Below, in pieces: positions 37,641-50,482 of a stretch of 64,000 bases of DNA; positions within the stretch are counted from its first letter, which is position 1; the number at the start of each line of letters is the position of its first letter. Made by a program: the position numbers and the translations under genes. Origin of the DNA: Lama guanicoe (Eukaryota); NCBI GenBank assembly GCA_013239625.1, contig MU056000.1:11049175-11113174 (forward strand), given 5' to 3'. Below the pieces are notes generated by a model, which worked only from the letters and a program-made list of their open reading frames with translations, was not told the DNA's origin and did no database searches.

Positions 37641-40600
37641 GGGGGTCTCTAAGCAACTTCTCAGGTTGTCTTTAGGACGGCTCGAGTCGCATTTCTGCCA
37701 TGTGTCTGAACCCATGTTCCCCAACTTTCCTTCCCTGGGCATCTGGGGTTTAGGGTGATGGATTGGCAGATGGCGGAAGACGTTTTTCAAAAACAACGCA
37801 GTGAAAACTTTCCCAGGCCTTTGTGCACCAGTCCCCTGGACTTTCCTGTAGCAGGAAAAACTTCTGGAAGAAGTTAAGTTTCCATTCTCTGCTCCCTGCC
37901 CCCGAGCTGACAGCTTCGTGAAGCTGACCACCTATGGTCGTGCAAGGCGAGGGGTGGCTGGGGGCTTTGTCTGGGCCCTCTCGGGGCTGGAAACGGGCAA
38001 AGGACCATCTGTTACGTGGGGCTGGAAATTGCACAGAAATATTGCCTGTCAAGTGGGAACTTGGAAGTTGAGGAAACTTTAAGCTCCACCCACTCCTAAA
38101 GGATGATGGATGTGTGGGTTGGCTTCTCCCTCGCCCCTCCTCCCCCTCTTTGCATAAAACCTTAGTGTAGTAACCCAGTTGATTAACGGCATGCCCCTGA
38201 TATGCATACGGCAAAGGCATTTCCCGCAGTTCAAAAGTTAGGAAGGTTTGTCTTTCGTGAACTTGGCTGGAGGGGAGTGCAAGAGACAGGGTCGGTTTTT
38301 ACAGCCCGCCCCCAGAGGACCGGCGGTTAGAAACGGGGTCCAGCGCCTGCAGACTGGTAGGAATGCAGAATGGCTATTCAGCATGTGGTGGTAGGGAAAC
38401 TCCTATCACCCTGTGCAAAACTTTGAGCTGTGGCCGCAGAATGTGGATGCCTCTCCCGTTGTTTGTGTCTGTGTTCCTTCTCAGCAGCTTTGTGAAATTA
38501 CAGCAGAAACCGACCCTAAAAAACCGTATCCACAAGAAACTTTTGTTTAAATCATTCTTTTCTAGATCATCATGTTTTGAATTCCACGTATATATGAAAT
38601 ATATATATCTTTCCTGGGTAGTTATATGAGAGAGGTTTTTCGTCTGACAATTTCATTTAGAAGAAGTTAAAAGGTTGTCTTTTTAGATAGCAGACGTGAA
38701 ATTTTGCCAGAAAAGATTATTGGAGAATTTTGGCCACCCCCCAAAAACCTCTTGAAGTTAATGTTTTAAAAATTTGTGGAAAAATGAAAGATTAAGCCTT
38801 CTTACTCTGAGTTATTAAAAAGCTTTCAGGGAGTGAGGTGTGTGCTTGTCAGTTCTGAGTGTGCATACATTATGATACTTGAACACTGGTTGGGGAGGTG
38901 GGGACGGACACCCCAGGAGGAACACAGAGCCTCTGCTCTGTGTTCTCCAACAAAGCCCCCTCACACTCTTCCTAATCCTCTGCACCTTGTCCTCCTATCC
39001 CAGCCGTCTCCTGTTGTACCGTGTGTGGTGTATGACGACTTCCTGTCTGAACAGCAGAGTTTTCAACCCTTGGGAGAGAAAAGGAGAGACAGAGAACTAA
39101 TGTTCTCCAGCTGTTATCCGTAAATGCTACCTCTGCGTTTTCACTTCAGCTGAAGTGAAATTTTACTGGGATCGGATTTAGATACACTGTGGACTTTTCA
39201 TAGGGAAAAACCTCTTGGGCTCAGCTGATTCAAGGGGACCAATAGGAAGTTTTGGGAGGTAACTGACTTTTGGCTGGAGGCACACATTGTGTTCAACATT
39301 AATCAGCTCTCTTGAAATGCATGGAGATTCCTGTGTAACAGGTGGGGGCAGGGAATAGAGAAATAGAGATAATAAGAGCTTTTCAAAAATCTTTTCTCCT
39401 CCTAGTTACACTTGACCTCTCTTAATATATGTCATTATTATATAATATATGTAATATATTATACGATCATGATATGTGTGTGATTGCGTATGGTCAGCTT
39501 TGTTACACTGTGCTGTTGGGTGGCAGAAGCTATGCACAGAAGCCTGTTGGTATTAGTGTGTTAGTGTCATCTTTCTTATCTAAAATGTCAAATTTCAAAG
39601 AAACTGAAAGCAACTCCTAGACACAGGATTTCTGTTATCAAAAGAGACTGGAAATTAAGACAGTTTTATAGATTTAGTGCAATTTAGGTGTGGTATATTT
39701 CAAACATAAGGGAGAAATTATCAATAGAATGTATATCCACAGCATTGCTCAGTGAGTGATCCCTCAACTATGAAACATTGGTGTATGCTTTAAAGCTCTG
39801 CACCTTAAATATATTTTAGTTACTAGTGGAGTTGACACCACCATGCAAATGACAGTTAAATTTTATACATATTGTTGTGAATTATTAGAACTTTTAAAAC
39901 TATAGTGTTTGATCGGTAATCTCACTTTCTCCTGCTCCTGGAAAATATCTTTTTAATTAAAAAAAATTATTCCCAAGACCTACCTTAGCAGGTGCAAGGG
40001 GACAGAAGCTTCCTGCTTCTCTGTAATCCCAGGACCAGGGGCATCAGTATTACCTGGGAGCTTGTTGGAAATGCAGAATCTGAATTGTTTATCACATGCA
40101 TATTATATTAAAACTTAAGGCAGTTCTTCTGTTGATTTGGGAGTCTGGAAATTTGATTCCAGCTTCAGCTTAGCCACTGTGACCTTGCTCAATTGCCCCC
40201 AAATCTTGAGGTCTTTCTTGTCTAGAGTGAGGAGGGAAATTTTTTATTGGCGTTATTTGTCCTGATGTAATCCTTGGTCATGTTATCGTTCATTTTATTT
40301 TGTTCTTATAATGCCTGAATGGACCACTTAACAGAGATTAGCCTTGGGAAGACATGTTACGATAAATAAGGAAGTTAAGACTCTTACTGCGCCGAAATCA
40401 GTCAGTTCCTCTCTTCCTTTTGTCATCCTTTTTATCCCTCATCTCTGTCTTCCTCACTCATTCCCACGTCTTCTCTTAACTCAATCAGTCCTGAAATCTC
40501 TGCTTCTCTCCTGAGATTGAAGGAATCTGTATATCAATATTGGTCATTTCCAGTGTTTTGTTTTCCTAAATACTTAGTGAACATTCAAGTTAATGATTTA

Positions 40601-41239
40601 ATTTTCAGCCTTTAGGCAGACTCAGTTTTGGCTCCAGGAAAAAGTTACCATCCCATCCCTGATCCTTAGCTTTCTAGAAATATAAGCGAATGTCTAAATG
40701 ATTAGTATGTTCTGGGAAATTCTTTTATGGAAGGCTGACTTTTCTCTTTATCTTTTTTCATAAAGTGTAAGTTACAGCCCATGCATAGAAATCTGGAGAA
40801 TGAGTTGGGGGGTGATTCAAAGCCATTAGAACCATTAGCTTTGACTCCAGTTAAGCCAAATAAACAAATCTCTCTCTTCAAGTAGGAGGAGAGGAGCTGC
40901 TTTTCCTGCCTTTTAAGGTTTCCAGCCTCACCCTCACTTACTCAGTGGTTTCATTGTTATGTTTATTCTGCTGCAGCGGGGCTGAGTCTGTCATCCTCAC
41001 ACTGTTAACAGCTCCTTTGTAAAACCCTGCGTGTTGTTGAATTGGAGCTGATGAGGGCTTCCTGATGAGGCTTGACCCTTGGTCGCTCTGCTGCTCTGTC
41101 AAACGCCCTGGGTCCCTTTCCATCTTCTCAGACATGGGCTCTTCAGATATGGGGAGAGAAAGTTGCCGGGGAGCATAAATCCTCACACATCTATCACCAG
41201 TTCGGGAAACATAGTTTGATGTAGTGATAACGATGGCAG

Positions 41240-41465
41240 GTAACATTGATTGAGTGTTGACTTTGTCTAAGCAGGATCCTAAGCCCTTCATGGACACTGA
41301 CTCTCGTAATTCTTACGACAGCCCCGTGATGGGACAGGCATTCCTATGTCTCCATTTTACCAATAAGGAAACCCAGGTGCAGAGAGGATGATCATTTCCC
41401 CCAAGTCTTACAGCTGGTATAGCTGGAACTGGAACTCAGGACCAAGTCTGTCTAAGCCCAGAGTT
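41240..41465 (-). mobile_element. MIR SINE (followed by an L2 fragment ~41470-41840)
   Basis: AACATTGATTGAGTG..CCATTTTAC..AGGAAAC..AGAGAGG..CCCAAGTCTTACAGCTGGT..GGAACTCAG. Confidence 0.75.
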
Positions 41466-44400
41466 ATGTATTCATTCATTCAACCGATACATGTTGACTC
41501 TTACTTCCCACTCTGCGCCAGGAACTCTTCCAGATTCTTGAGATACATCAGTCCTGTCCTTGCCAGTCATATCTTCATCTGTGTGTGTGTGTGCATGCAT
41601 GTTGGGAGGGAGGGGAGAGGGGAACAGTTAACGTGTGCATTCACACAGGGCTTCAGGAGAGGGTGTGGCGTATTTGAAGGGGCTAAGGTCTCTGCCTAAA
41701 GGAAATTGTCAGATTAAGACTGATGGGAGTTGGGAGGAGGGAGGGTGTTGCAATTTTAATTAAGAGTCATCTTCTGGGCCTTACTGGAAAGTTGGCATTT
41801 AGACTGAGATTTAAAGAGAGTGAGGGACTAACCCCTGAGGATTCAGGTAGCAGGTTGACTGTTACTTTCAACCACTGTTTGTGCCAAAGTGGATACTTTT
41901 TGTGCTGGAGGGCAGGCAGCATCATTTTATGCAAGTGTAACATCGTCAGCCTTCTGGAAAAGGGTCAGTCTGGCAGTATTCTTTGCCTAGAGTCTTTGCA
42001 AACATATTTTATCCAGTTATATTGTATGAGCTATTTTGTGACTGCTTTTGTAGGGAGGGGAGAGAGAGCCTAGGCCATATTCTTCAAGCTGCAACCAGTA
42101 GGTGTTGCCTAACTTACTGGGCATGTGAATATTTGCCTGAAGATCCCCCCAGATGTCTCTGTAACTCTTAGACAGAAGTAGGTCTTTGTTTATTGTCTCC
42201 AGGAAATAATTTCATTCTGATGAAGAATCAAAAGATAAATGATACTGATTCCACTGTTTGGGTCCAATCAAAGTGTTAGTGAAGCTAAATGCCATTTTTG
42301 GTCTGACAGTGAGGTCAGGTCCAAGATTTGGAGAATCTTTTTGCCTGTTTAAAACAAGAGAAAAAAAGAGAGGCAACTTTTCTTTCTCCCTGGGAATCAA
42401 CTGACTCTGCCCTTTGAAGGAGAATGAATTCTGAGTTGATTATGAGTAGTTGTTAATTACTTTTGCCCTTAGCCCTTATCTGCAAGTGTCTCTGGAAGCT
42501 ACTCACATCCCTTGGCTTGGCTCTTTGATGGAAACTTCTAGGTATCATGCATGCATCTTAAGATGGCATTAGCAATGTATTAAAATAGATGACAGTGAAT
42601 AAATCTAGAGTGAATAAATTCTTTGAATAATGAAACAGCATAAATGAAGTTTAGAAACTTAGTATCTTAAAAAATAATATTTGAAGAGCTGTCATGATGA
42701 AGGTTAAATTTCAGCGTGCTGAGCAAAGACAGATGTATGTAAGTTACTAGACAATAGGTAGATTTGGCTCAGTCTGAGGAAGGACCTGCCCACGTTTGAG
42801 ACAGGCTACCTTGTGAGAGAGTGAGTCCTCCCACAGGGGAAAGGCAACCACAGTAAAGGATGTTGTGCTAGAGATTTCTGCATTGACTGATGGATCTACT
42901 GTAGGACTCTACCTGAAGTTCCCTAGAAAACATTCTGTCATGTGCGATTATGTTTGATGAAGGGTTATTGTTTGGTTCACTCATATTGCTACTTCTCCCC
43001 ACCCCTTAATACATTTATTTCCTTGTAATTGTTAAAAAGTAACCCCCTCACTGTCTTTATGTTAATGCTCATTCTCTGTTACATGTATGTGCTTTTATCT
43101 GTGTAGATATGTTTAGACATTAACTGGGAAATCTACTGATTTTATTTATTTCCCTGCCTTCGGTGGGACATAACCTCCTGCACCAAAAGTTGGATTTCAT
43201 AAATGATGTGTCCCATTTTCGGTGCAGTAATGGTTATGGACTCTACCTATAGTGTTAGTTACTTTTACTGTTACCCTGAAACATGTAGATCTACTAAAGT
43301 TGAAGCAAGACGCCGAATTGCGCTTGTGTTGAATGCCTTGAATAAATGCTTTAACTTTATTTGTAAGACTTTTCCTTGGCATCATTGGTTAGTGATGTCT
43401 TGTCAAAAGCGACAAATTGACTAGAACCGCACAAAGATGGCATCTTTCTCAAGGAGCTCTGACAACCTTTTGCTCAGCATCACATCTGCTGTGCATGAGC
43501 CAGACTGGAAGTTCGATGATGTGGTGAAAAAAGTCCGTATCAGCTGAACTTTGCCAGCACATAGCATTTTGGGGGGTTCTGGTTACAGAAATTTAGACCT
43601 CTTTTCCCATCTACTCACTGCATTAAATCTTTAGATAGAGACTTGCTTTAAGGAAGTTCAGCGTCTAACTGAGATTCTAGGCAGGGAGGCCAGTGATTGC
43701 AGAACAAGCTGATTCACCGAGGGACCCGAATTCTCCAAGGTGCTAAATGGGAGCGGAAGTGATAAGTGGGACGTGGGCACAAGGCTGGAGCTGCTCTCTA
43801 AATCGTGAAAATATCTGCAATTCCCCAAATACCTAAAGGATGCACATGGCTTCTAAAACAGCAACAATGATAACCACAGAACAGATACACTGAAGGAGGA
43901 GTGGGTTACACTCTTGGGAGAAACTAAATATTTTGTTAAGAGATTCTCCCTAATTGTTCCCGAAAACCTCCATGTTCCATTCCTCACATGGTTTATTCCA
44001 TGGAAAGTGATTCCTGTGGGATTTGTGAGTGAGGACCTTGGAATGCTTCAGAGAAGGGGCAGAAGCACCTGACCATCCTGGGTCCTCCCCACGCCTGCAA
44101 TGAAGGAGACCCTGCAGGCTGATGCTTTTAAAATGTGCTAGTTCATACCCTAAAGACTTACAGCTTCTGACGTGAATAATCATTAACCCTCTGTGAATTG
44201 CCCTGAGTCATGAGATATAAACACAAGGTCACCATTCTTCCTGGTCCCTGGGTGAAGAAGTGTAGACGGTGTCTGGAGCCGTAAATCTTTATTAGGCTGT
44301 GCATTCGATGTGAGAGAATTCTCAATTACTATTTAACTTCCAAACCAGGAACAAAATGAAAAACAGTTGTTAACACTGCCCGAATTCATAATTGTAACTT

Positions 44401-44888
44401 TAGAAGCTTTGAGCAATGTGCAGAAATGTTATTAAAACATTTTTTTGTTTGCTACCCTTTCTATGGTAAATTCCTTTGCTGCATTTACCAAGCAGATGTA
44501 GCAGTGGAAAGAGAACCAAAATTTCTAGAGAAAAATTTCAGGAATTTTTCTTCTTCTGCTTGTGGATTGACCTTCTGGCTGCGAGTCACCCACTTTTTGG
44601 CAAGGTGGGGAAGTCAGGAAAAGGCTACTTGTATGTGCAATTGAACGTTTGACCCAACGGAGGACTCCAGTCAGATTGTAGGAGCGTCTGGGTTAAGTCC
44701 AAGTCCAAGTCCAAGACCAGGTCTTACACTTTCTAGCTGTCAGAGGTGGCTCAGACCCCAGGAGGAGGAGGGACAGGTAAGAGACAGGGTAGAGAATGGA
44801 GGCGGAGGTGGGTGCATTTCAGTTGCAGCCATAATGTTAAGTCCAAGGACAGAGAAGAAGAGGAGAAATTCAGAGAGAGAGAGAGAGA

Positions 44889-44924
44889 GAGAGCACGGAA
44901 TCCTAACCACTAGACCACCAGGGA
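44889..44924 (-). pseudogene. tRNA-Glu(CTC) 5'-half retrocopy, copy 1
   Basis: Minus strand TCCCTGGTGGTCTAGTGGTTAGGATTCCGTGCTCTC matches the recalled mammalian tRNA-Glu-CTC 5' 36 nt at 34/36 and stops at the anticodon. Confidence 0.85.
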
Positions 44925-44947
44925 GCGTCGAGAAATTCAGAGAGAGA

Positions 44948-44983
44948 GAGAGCACGGAATCCTAACCACTAGACCACCAGGGA
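44948..44983 (-). pseudogene. tRNA-Glu(CTC) 5'-half retrocopy, copy 2
   Basis: Identical to copy 1; both lie between GAGAAATTCAGAGAGA repeats. Confidence 0.85.
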
Positions 44984-47900
44984 GCGTCGAGAAATTCAGA
45001 GAGAATGGGAGTAGGGCACTGATTGCCTTCTGCTGTAAGCACAGGTCAGTGTTCTTCTCAGCTCTCTTCTCTTTCAAATCTCTTAGCTCATGGGACAAAA
45101 ACAATTACTAATAGAATAGGCTTGGCTATTGCCAAGTTTATTATGTTTTCGGTCATTTCAGTAATAGTAACTAACAATTAGTAGGTGCCACTTGCCCCTC
45201 TGAGCTTGTTGCACACACTCATTCCTGCAGTTCATGACAGCCAGGAGGCGGGCAGACATCACCCCACTGTACAGTTGCCAACACAGAGACTCAGGGGCAG
45301 GCTGGTGCCGCCTACGGCACACAGCTGGTGAGCAGCCTGGTCCCGCCCACAGTCCCTGTGGCCGTGCTGGCGTCCCCGCCCCTCTCTGCTGTGCCCCTGA
45401 CCCCTCCTGCCTCATCATTTCAGTTGCAGCCAAAATCTTTCCCGATCTTTGGATCGCTTTGTGTATTTCAAAGAATCGCAGTGATTGCAAAGTAGCCGTT
45501 AAAAAGGAAAGTGACAGTGTTATGGATTAGGTGAGCACAAATGAAAGACACTTTTGGGGGGAAACTTTCAGCTCATTTTACCTGGCTCTCCCAAGGACCA
45601 ATTAACTGCTCATTAGGCAACAATCTGCTGACAAATTGGCAGGCTAACCAGTGTCTGTAAGAACCGCAGCGAGTGAAATGATCAGCATATTCTGTAGCAT
45701 CTCTAGAGCACGAAGTAGAGCTGAGGGGCTGTCCCTGCTTCAGGTGCCCCAGAGCATCATGGACTTTTAATTTCCTTGGTGCCGGGATAGCCTTTTACCT
45801 GGGCTAGCCCACCTGCTCACAAACGGAAGCTAACAGAGGACTGAAAGAGGTGCACACGTGTTCCTTCCTCCCGAAATAGTTTATAAGTTGTAGCTTATAT
45901 TTCCCTCTGGTTTCAAAAGTATAGATTTGAAACAGCCACGAATATAGGGAATTATTACAATATGTATTTGTATTTGCTCTCTTTGCCAGCCCCCCGGAAG
46001 ACTTCTCCGTGAGTATGTCTATGAAGTACTCTGGGAACTATACAGCCTTTCAGAAATTTATCTTATCATCACAGGGACTGTGGGAGGGGTGTCCCCAGTT
46101 TATAGGTGAGGAAACTGAGGCCCTGGCAGCTCAAATGACTTGCCTTGATTTTACAGTCGAGAATAGATGCGATCATTCTGACTAAATTTATTACACTTTC
46201 CATTATAATATCACTTTCCTTAAAGTGCTCCAAGAAGAAAAAAGAACAGAATCAGGCTAGGGTATTATCACCAGGCCTCCTTGGCAGTATTTTAAGTTGC
46301 TTGCACCCAAGGATGAAAGTGAGGTCTGCAAGCATCCTTCCTTTCATTGCTTTTGCAGCTTTAGTAGGAGAGAAGCCAGCTCCCTCTTGCTCATCTCAGA
46401 CCGGGGAGCTGTGCGGTGGCCCAGGGGAGCAGCCTTGCAGTGGTAAGATCACAATACTGAGAATGCACCATGAATTATTAGATAAATGTTCAGGACAAGA
46501 TGACATTACTCGTTAGAATGTACTTGCTCTAAAGCTCAGCCGGGGCTGTGAGCATGTTTCCCTCTGAAAATGTCTGCTCAGGATGCTTAGGGAAGGTTAT
46601 TTTACTTCTGGGAAGATCAGAGAATCAACTCTAAAATCGGGGACGCTCAGCACCACGAGAGTCCTGATTCCTGTCTGTCTTCTTGTATCTTTTGCTGTTG
46701 AAGAACCAACACTGTTCAGGTCTTTCGAGGTGTTTAGGTCCTGGACACGCCCTTTAGGATGAGTTGATATCAGAGGTCACTGAGGTTCTGATGTAAAAGA
46801 AATCCACCCTGTCATGTAGTCCTCAGTTGCTTTACTTTCCACTCATTATCCTCTGGTTTAATGTCTGGTGTTTTTTTGTTTTTTTTTTCCTATTTCTTGT
46901 TCCTTTGTATTTTTTCATTGCTTATCCAACCACATTCTCACCCTGACATGAGTATAACCCTGCTCAGGTAGTAGGTCTTTAATACATTTTTGTTAAACAA
47001 ATACATGAAGATGATTTTGTAGCCATGATCTTTATTGGATCCAAAAAAGCCTATGAAAACCCTCTCATATTTTCAGTGAACTTTTCTTAGTTGCCAACAT
47101 TTTACTCTTAAAACAAAATTTCTCTGGATGTGTTTTCTTCTGAGGATGTTCTAACTTGGGCTTTTGTTTTGAACAATGTAGGTCTACATCTTGTGGATGA
47201 AAATAGCTTTGCTTGTGTATTTAAGGAAAAATGAAATATGTATTTTTTAGCATTGCTGAAAACAATTGCGTCAGACTTTTCAGCTTCACTGATTTACAGT
47301 ATTGTCAGCTTAACTGCTTTCAGTAAGTATTGAGTAGAATGCTTCTGGCTATTTTTTATTGAAAATATACATTTGGTAATATTTGATTCAATGATTTGGA
47401 AATTGGATTTATATGACAATTTAAGTAAATCAATCTAGAAAAAATTTTAAAAATTGATATTTAAATTAAACAGTCATTCCTTTGGGGATCTCTGGGTTAA
47501 GGGGTTATAGGGTTACGAATGCTTTTAAATTTATAGATTCATCTACTTTATGCTGGGGGCTTTGCATTTCTATTTTTCTCCTTTTTATTATACAAATGAT
47601 AAAAGTTATTAGATGTGTCTGATATGATTAGAATGGTTTCTAGTTCGTCTTCTGCTTCTGACTTCCCTTCTTACTATAATCAGAAGTGAAATAATCCATT
47701 TCAGAAAAGAAGAAAAACACTGAGCTGTAATGTATGTGTGTATGTGTACATGGACACGAGGCTATATTTAAATAACCCTCTTCTATAAATTCAGCAAAAT
47801 CCATTATTCTGAACATATATTTTTTCCCTGTAAATGGAGAGAAATGTGTAACCTATAAGGAATGTAAGAAATACAATTAAAATTCAAGTGCCATTTGTTT

Positions 47901-49199
47901 CTTTAGTAATATGGTATCTGTTAGAGGCACAGCGTCAGGCAGAGGTCACCTGAAGAATCAAACTACAGAAGAAGTGAACAGTCCCACATGTGAGCTTCCT
48001 GAGATGGAACTTGCGATAGAGGTGACTGCACTTTCTGAGCAAAGGCCTTGAAATGGTTCTGTGGCATGATATCCACCTGTAACTGTAGGTATTTGTTTAC
48101 CTGAATGGGTGTTCTGCTCAGGTGAGTGGGTGTAGTATCTCATTGGTGGGAATCTTACGCTGCGTGACACTGAGCATGGTTGACATTTGTGTTGAGGAGC
48201 CAGAGAGTAAATTCGGATTCATAGGGAGCATTCACATACTCCTTTTCGTCTTTTAGTTTTTGATTTTGTAGCTCAACAGCTGCTCTGTTGGTTGGAAAGA
48301 TTTATGTAGCCCCATTTCGACAATGTGTACTGTGCAGACTGCCATGAAACTGCATTTCAGGACATGGCATTTCTGTCCTGAACAGCGTACTTTTCACATT
48401 TTATTTTGCATCCACTTTGCTTATTTAATTACATTTTAATAATTTTCTCTCTTTTCCATCTCTCCCAAAGACCTCTCCTGTTGATTATCCCTGCAAGCTT
48501 GTTTTGAGAGACAGTATTTCCTTGGGGAGTCTTTCTCCATTCCTGAAGCCATAACAACATGAACTGAGCAATAAAAAGCCAATTCCCTCCCCTAGGTTGT
48601 GCTTCAAATAGTCATTTCTTTGATACGGGCTAATAAAAACAGGAAAGGGATCATTTTTCAATGCTTTGGTTGGGGTTGCTTTACTTCCAATAAGGAAAAT
48701 TGCCTCACAAGGGGAAGCATGGGTAATAAAGACACAGCTAACTGAGTAATTGTATTGGGTCTAATGTCAAAATCTCCAAGTGGCTGCCTGCAAATCTAAT
48801 TTAATCTCGCGATTGCTGTGTGTCCACCGAGGTGCATAGATTTGAGTTTGCTGCTACTGATCATCTCGTCACAGTTCATGAAGATGAATTTCAAATGCTA
48901 CTGGAGATTTTTGATCTGTCTGGGGTTTTTCCTTAGCAGTATTCATAAGCTTTGGGGTAGGTAGCAAAAGGGCATTGAGGGTTGACCAAGAATTAAATAT
49001 ACAATAGAACCTGGACTATTTTCCTGGTGAAAATGGCCATAGATCACCTGACAGTGAAAGAGATTGAGGCACAAAGAAATGAAACAATTTGGGAAAGATC
49101 ATGCAGAGTCCAGCCATTTCCTTTTAATCCATTTCTTACTTACCATGCTTTACACCCGTTTCTTCCGTACTTTAAGAAGATCTGAAAGGAATGTAGTGA

Positions 49200-49575
49200 C
49201 TTTTCCTTCTCTGTCCAGTCATGCCCTCCAGGACTGACCTTCTCATACCCCCAGCTGCACAGGGTTTTGGCCGCTGATGGCTCACAGCTCATTGCTTCTC
49301 TGGAAATGATTCTCACCCAAGGCAAGGGAGCAGCTCCCATCCGATGACTTTTTGAGATGGGGGTATAACTGGGGACGTCTCTGAAGGGCCACCTTGGGTC
49401 CAGAGCTCCCCGTGGAATTGGCTGCATCCTCTATTGCAACTGCATCGCAGACCAAATTCTATCTCTGTCCAATCTGCCTGCTCTTTCACCTTTTCTTAGT
49501 GTGATCCTGAGGGTACTTTCTGATACCTGCATTTCAATTCAAATCGTATCAGAGACTGTTACGGGGGAACCAAGA
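49200..49575 (+). mobile_element. ERVL LTR16A-like fragment
   Basis: CTCACCCAAGG..GGGGTATAA..CTCTGAAGGGCCA..CCAGAGCTCCCCGTGGAATTGGCTG..GCAACTGCATCGCAG..TGATCCTGAGGG..GGGGGAACC. Confidence 0.65.
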
Positions 49576-50380
49576 GAGAAGTGGGACTAGGATGCTATTC
49601 TGGCAGGGGTCAAGGGCAGGATGCCACTGCTGGGAAAATCATCTTCTTTCTGGGAATCTTGGCTGTTCTTAAAAGGAAGCCTTTAGCTGGCAGTTAAATG
49701 GGTCTTTTGCTTGAGGACCTAGTCTAATCTTTTCATTGTATCGATTAGGAAATCAAGCCCCATGCACAAAAGTGACTTGACTGATACTACATAGCTAGTT
49801 GGCAAAGAGCAAAAGCAGGCTTATAATTCCAGGTGCTGTTTTTGAAGAGCCATATTGGAGTTTGTTCAGAGTTGTTCCGCTGCTGTAACTCGGAACTGAC
49901 TGCAGATGGGTCTAGAGACCATTTATCTGTCTGATCCTGTTTGCTCAGCTCTGGCATTGAAGTCAGACAGCTCAACAATTTCTACGTGGTTCTATTTTGC
50001 TGATTGTCTACTATTCTTTGAAGAGTGATCTCTGAAGCTCACCAGAGTTGGTCGTTGAATAGTGAAGAAGAAACAGGGAAGTAGAAACAGATGTTTTTAG
50101 TTGTTATTGCCTGAAATCAGCATTTTGCATTACCGGCTATTAAGAGAATTGGGAAATTGGCAAGGGTTATTACATGATAGACCAGTGCCGAGTGCAGATT
50201 CATTAGACAGATGAAACATGCAGGAGTGGGTTGAAAAAATCATAAGCAAAATGAAAAATGACTACAAATTAATATTTAGTCTCATGATCATCCTAGTTTA
50301 TTAGTCATTTTATTATGCTCAAGTAATGTTCCATTGAGATTATCAAATGGTTATAAGCTCAGATTCACTACAATCGTGAG

Positions 50381-50482
50381 AAATTTGCAAGTAATTGAAA
50401 AACAAATTATTAGTTTATTATCACTACTACTACAAATTTGCAAGTAATTGAAAAACAAATTATTAGTTTATTATCACTACTA
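50381..50482. repeat. Perfect 49-bp direct repeat, period 53
   Basis: AAATTTGCAAGTAATTGAAAAACAAATTATTAGTTTATTATCACTACTA at 50381 and 50434, separated by CTAC. Confidence 0.97.

Noticed and set aside
36465..37758. Long ORFs (up to 289 aa) on both strands of the CpG island, including the 108-aa read-through from 37432
   Set aside because: Low-complexity Arg/Pro/Gly/Ala products expected from stop-poor GC-rich DNA. FBXL7 similarity ends at the splice donor.
44889..44983. Functional tRNA-Glu genes
   Set aside because: Only 5' halves are present: no T-arm/B-box, 3' acceptor strand or terminator.
44863..45004. CRISPR-like repeat-spacer-repeat pattern
   Set aside because: Eukaryotic context, identical spacers derived from tRNA, and no cas genes. 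Explained by a TSD-flanked insertion plus duplication.
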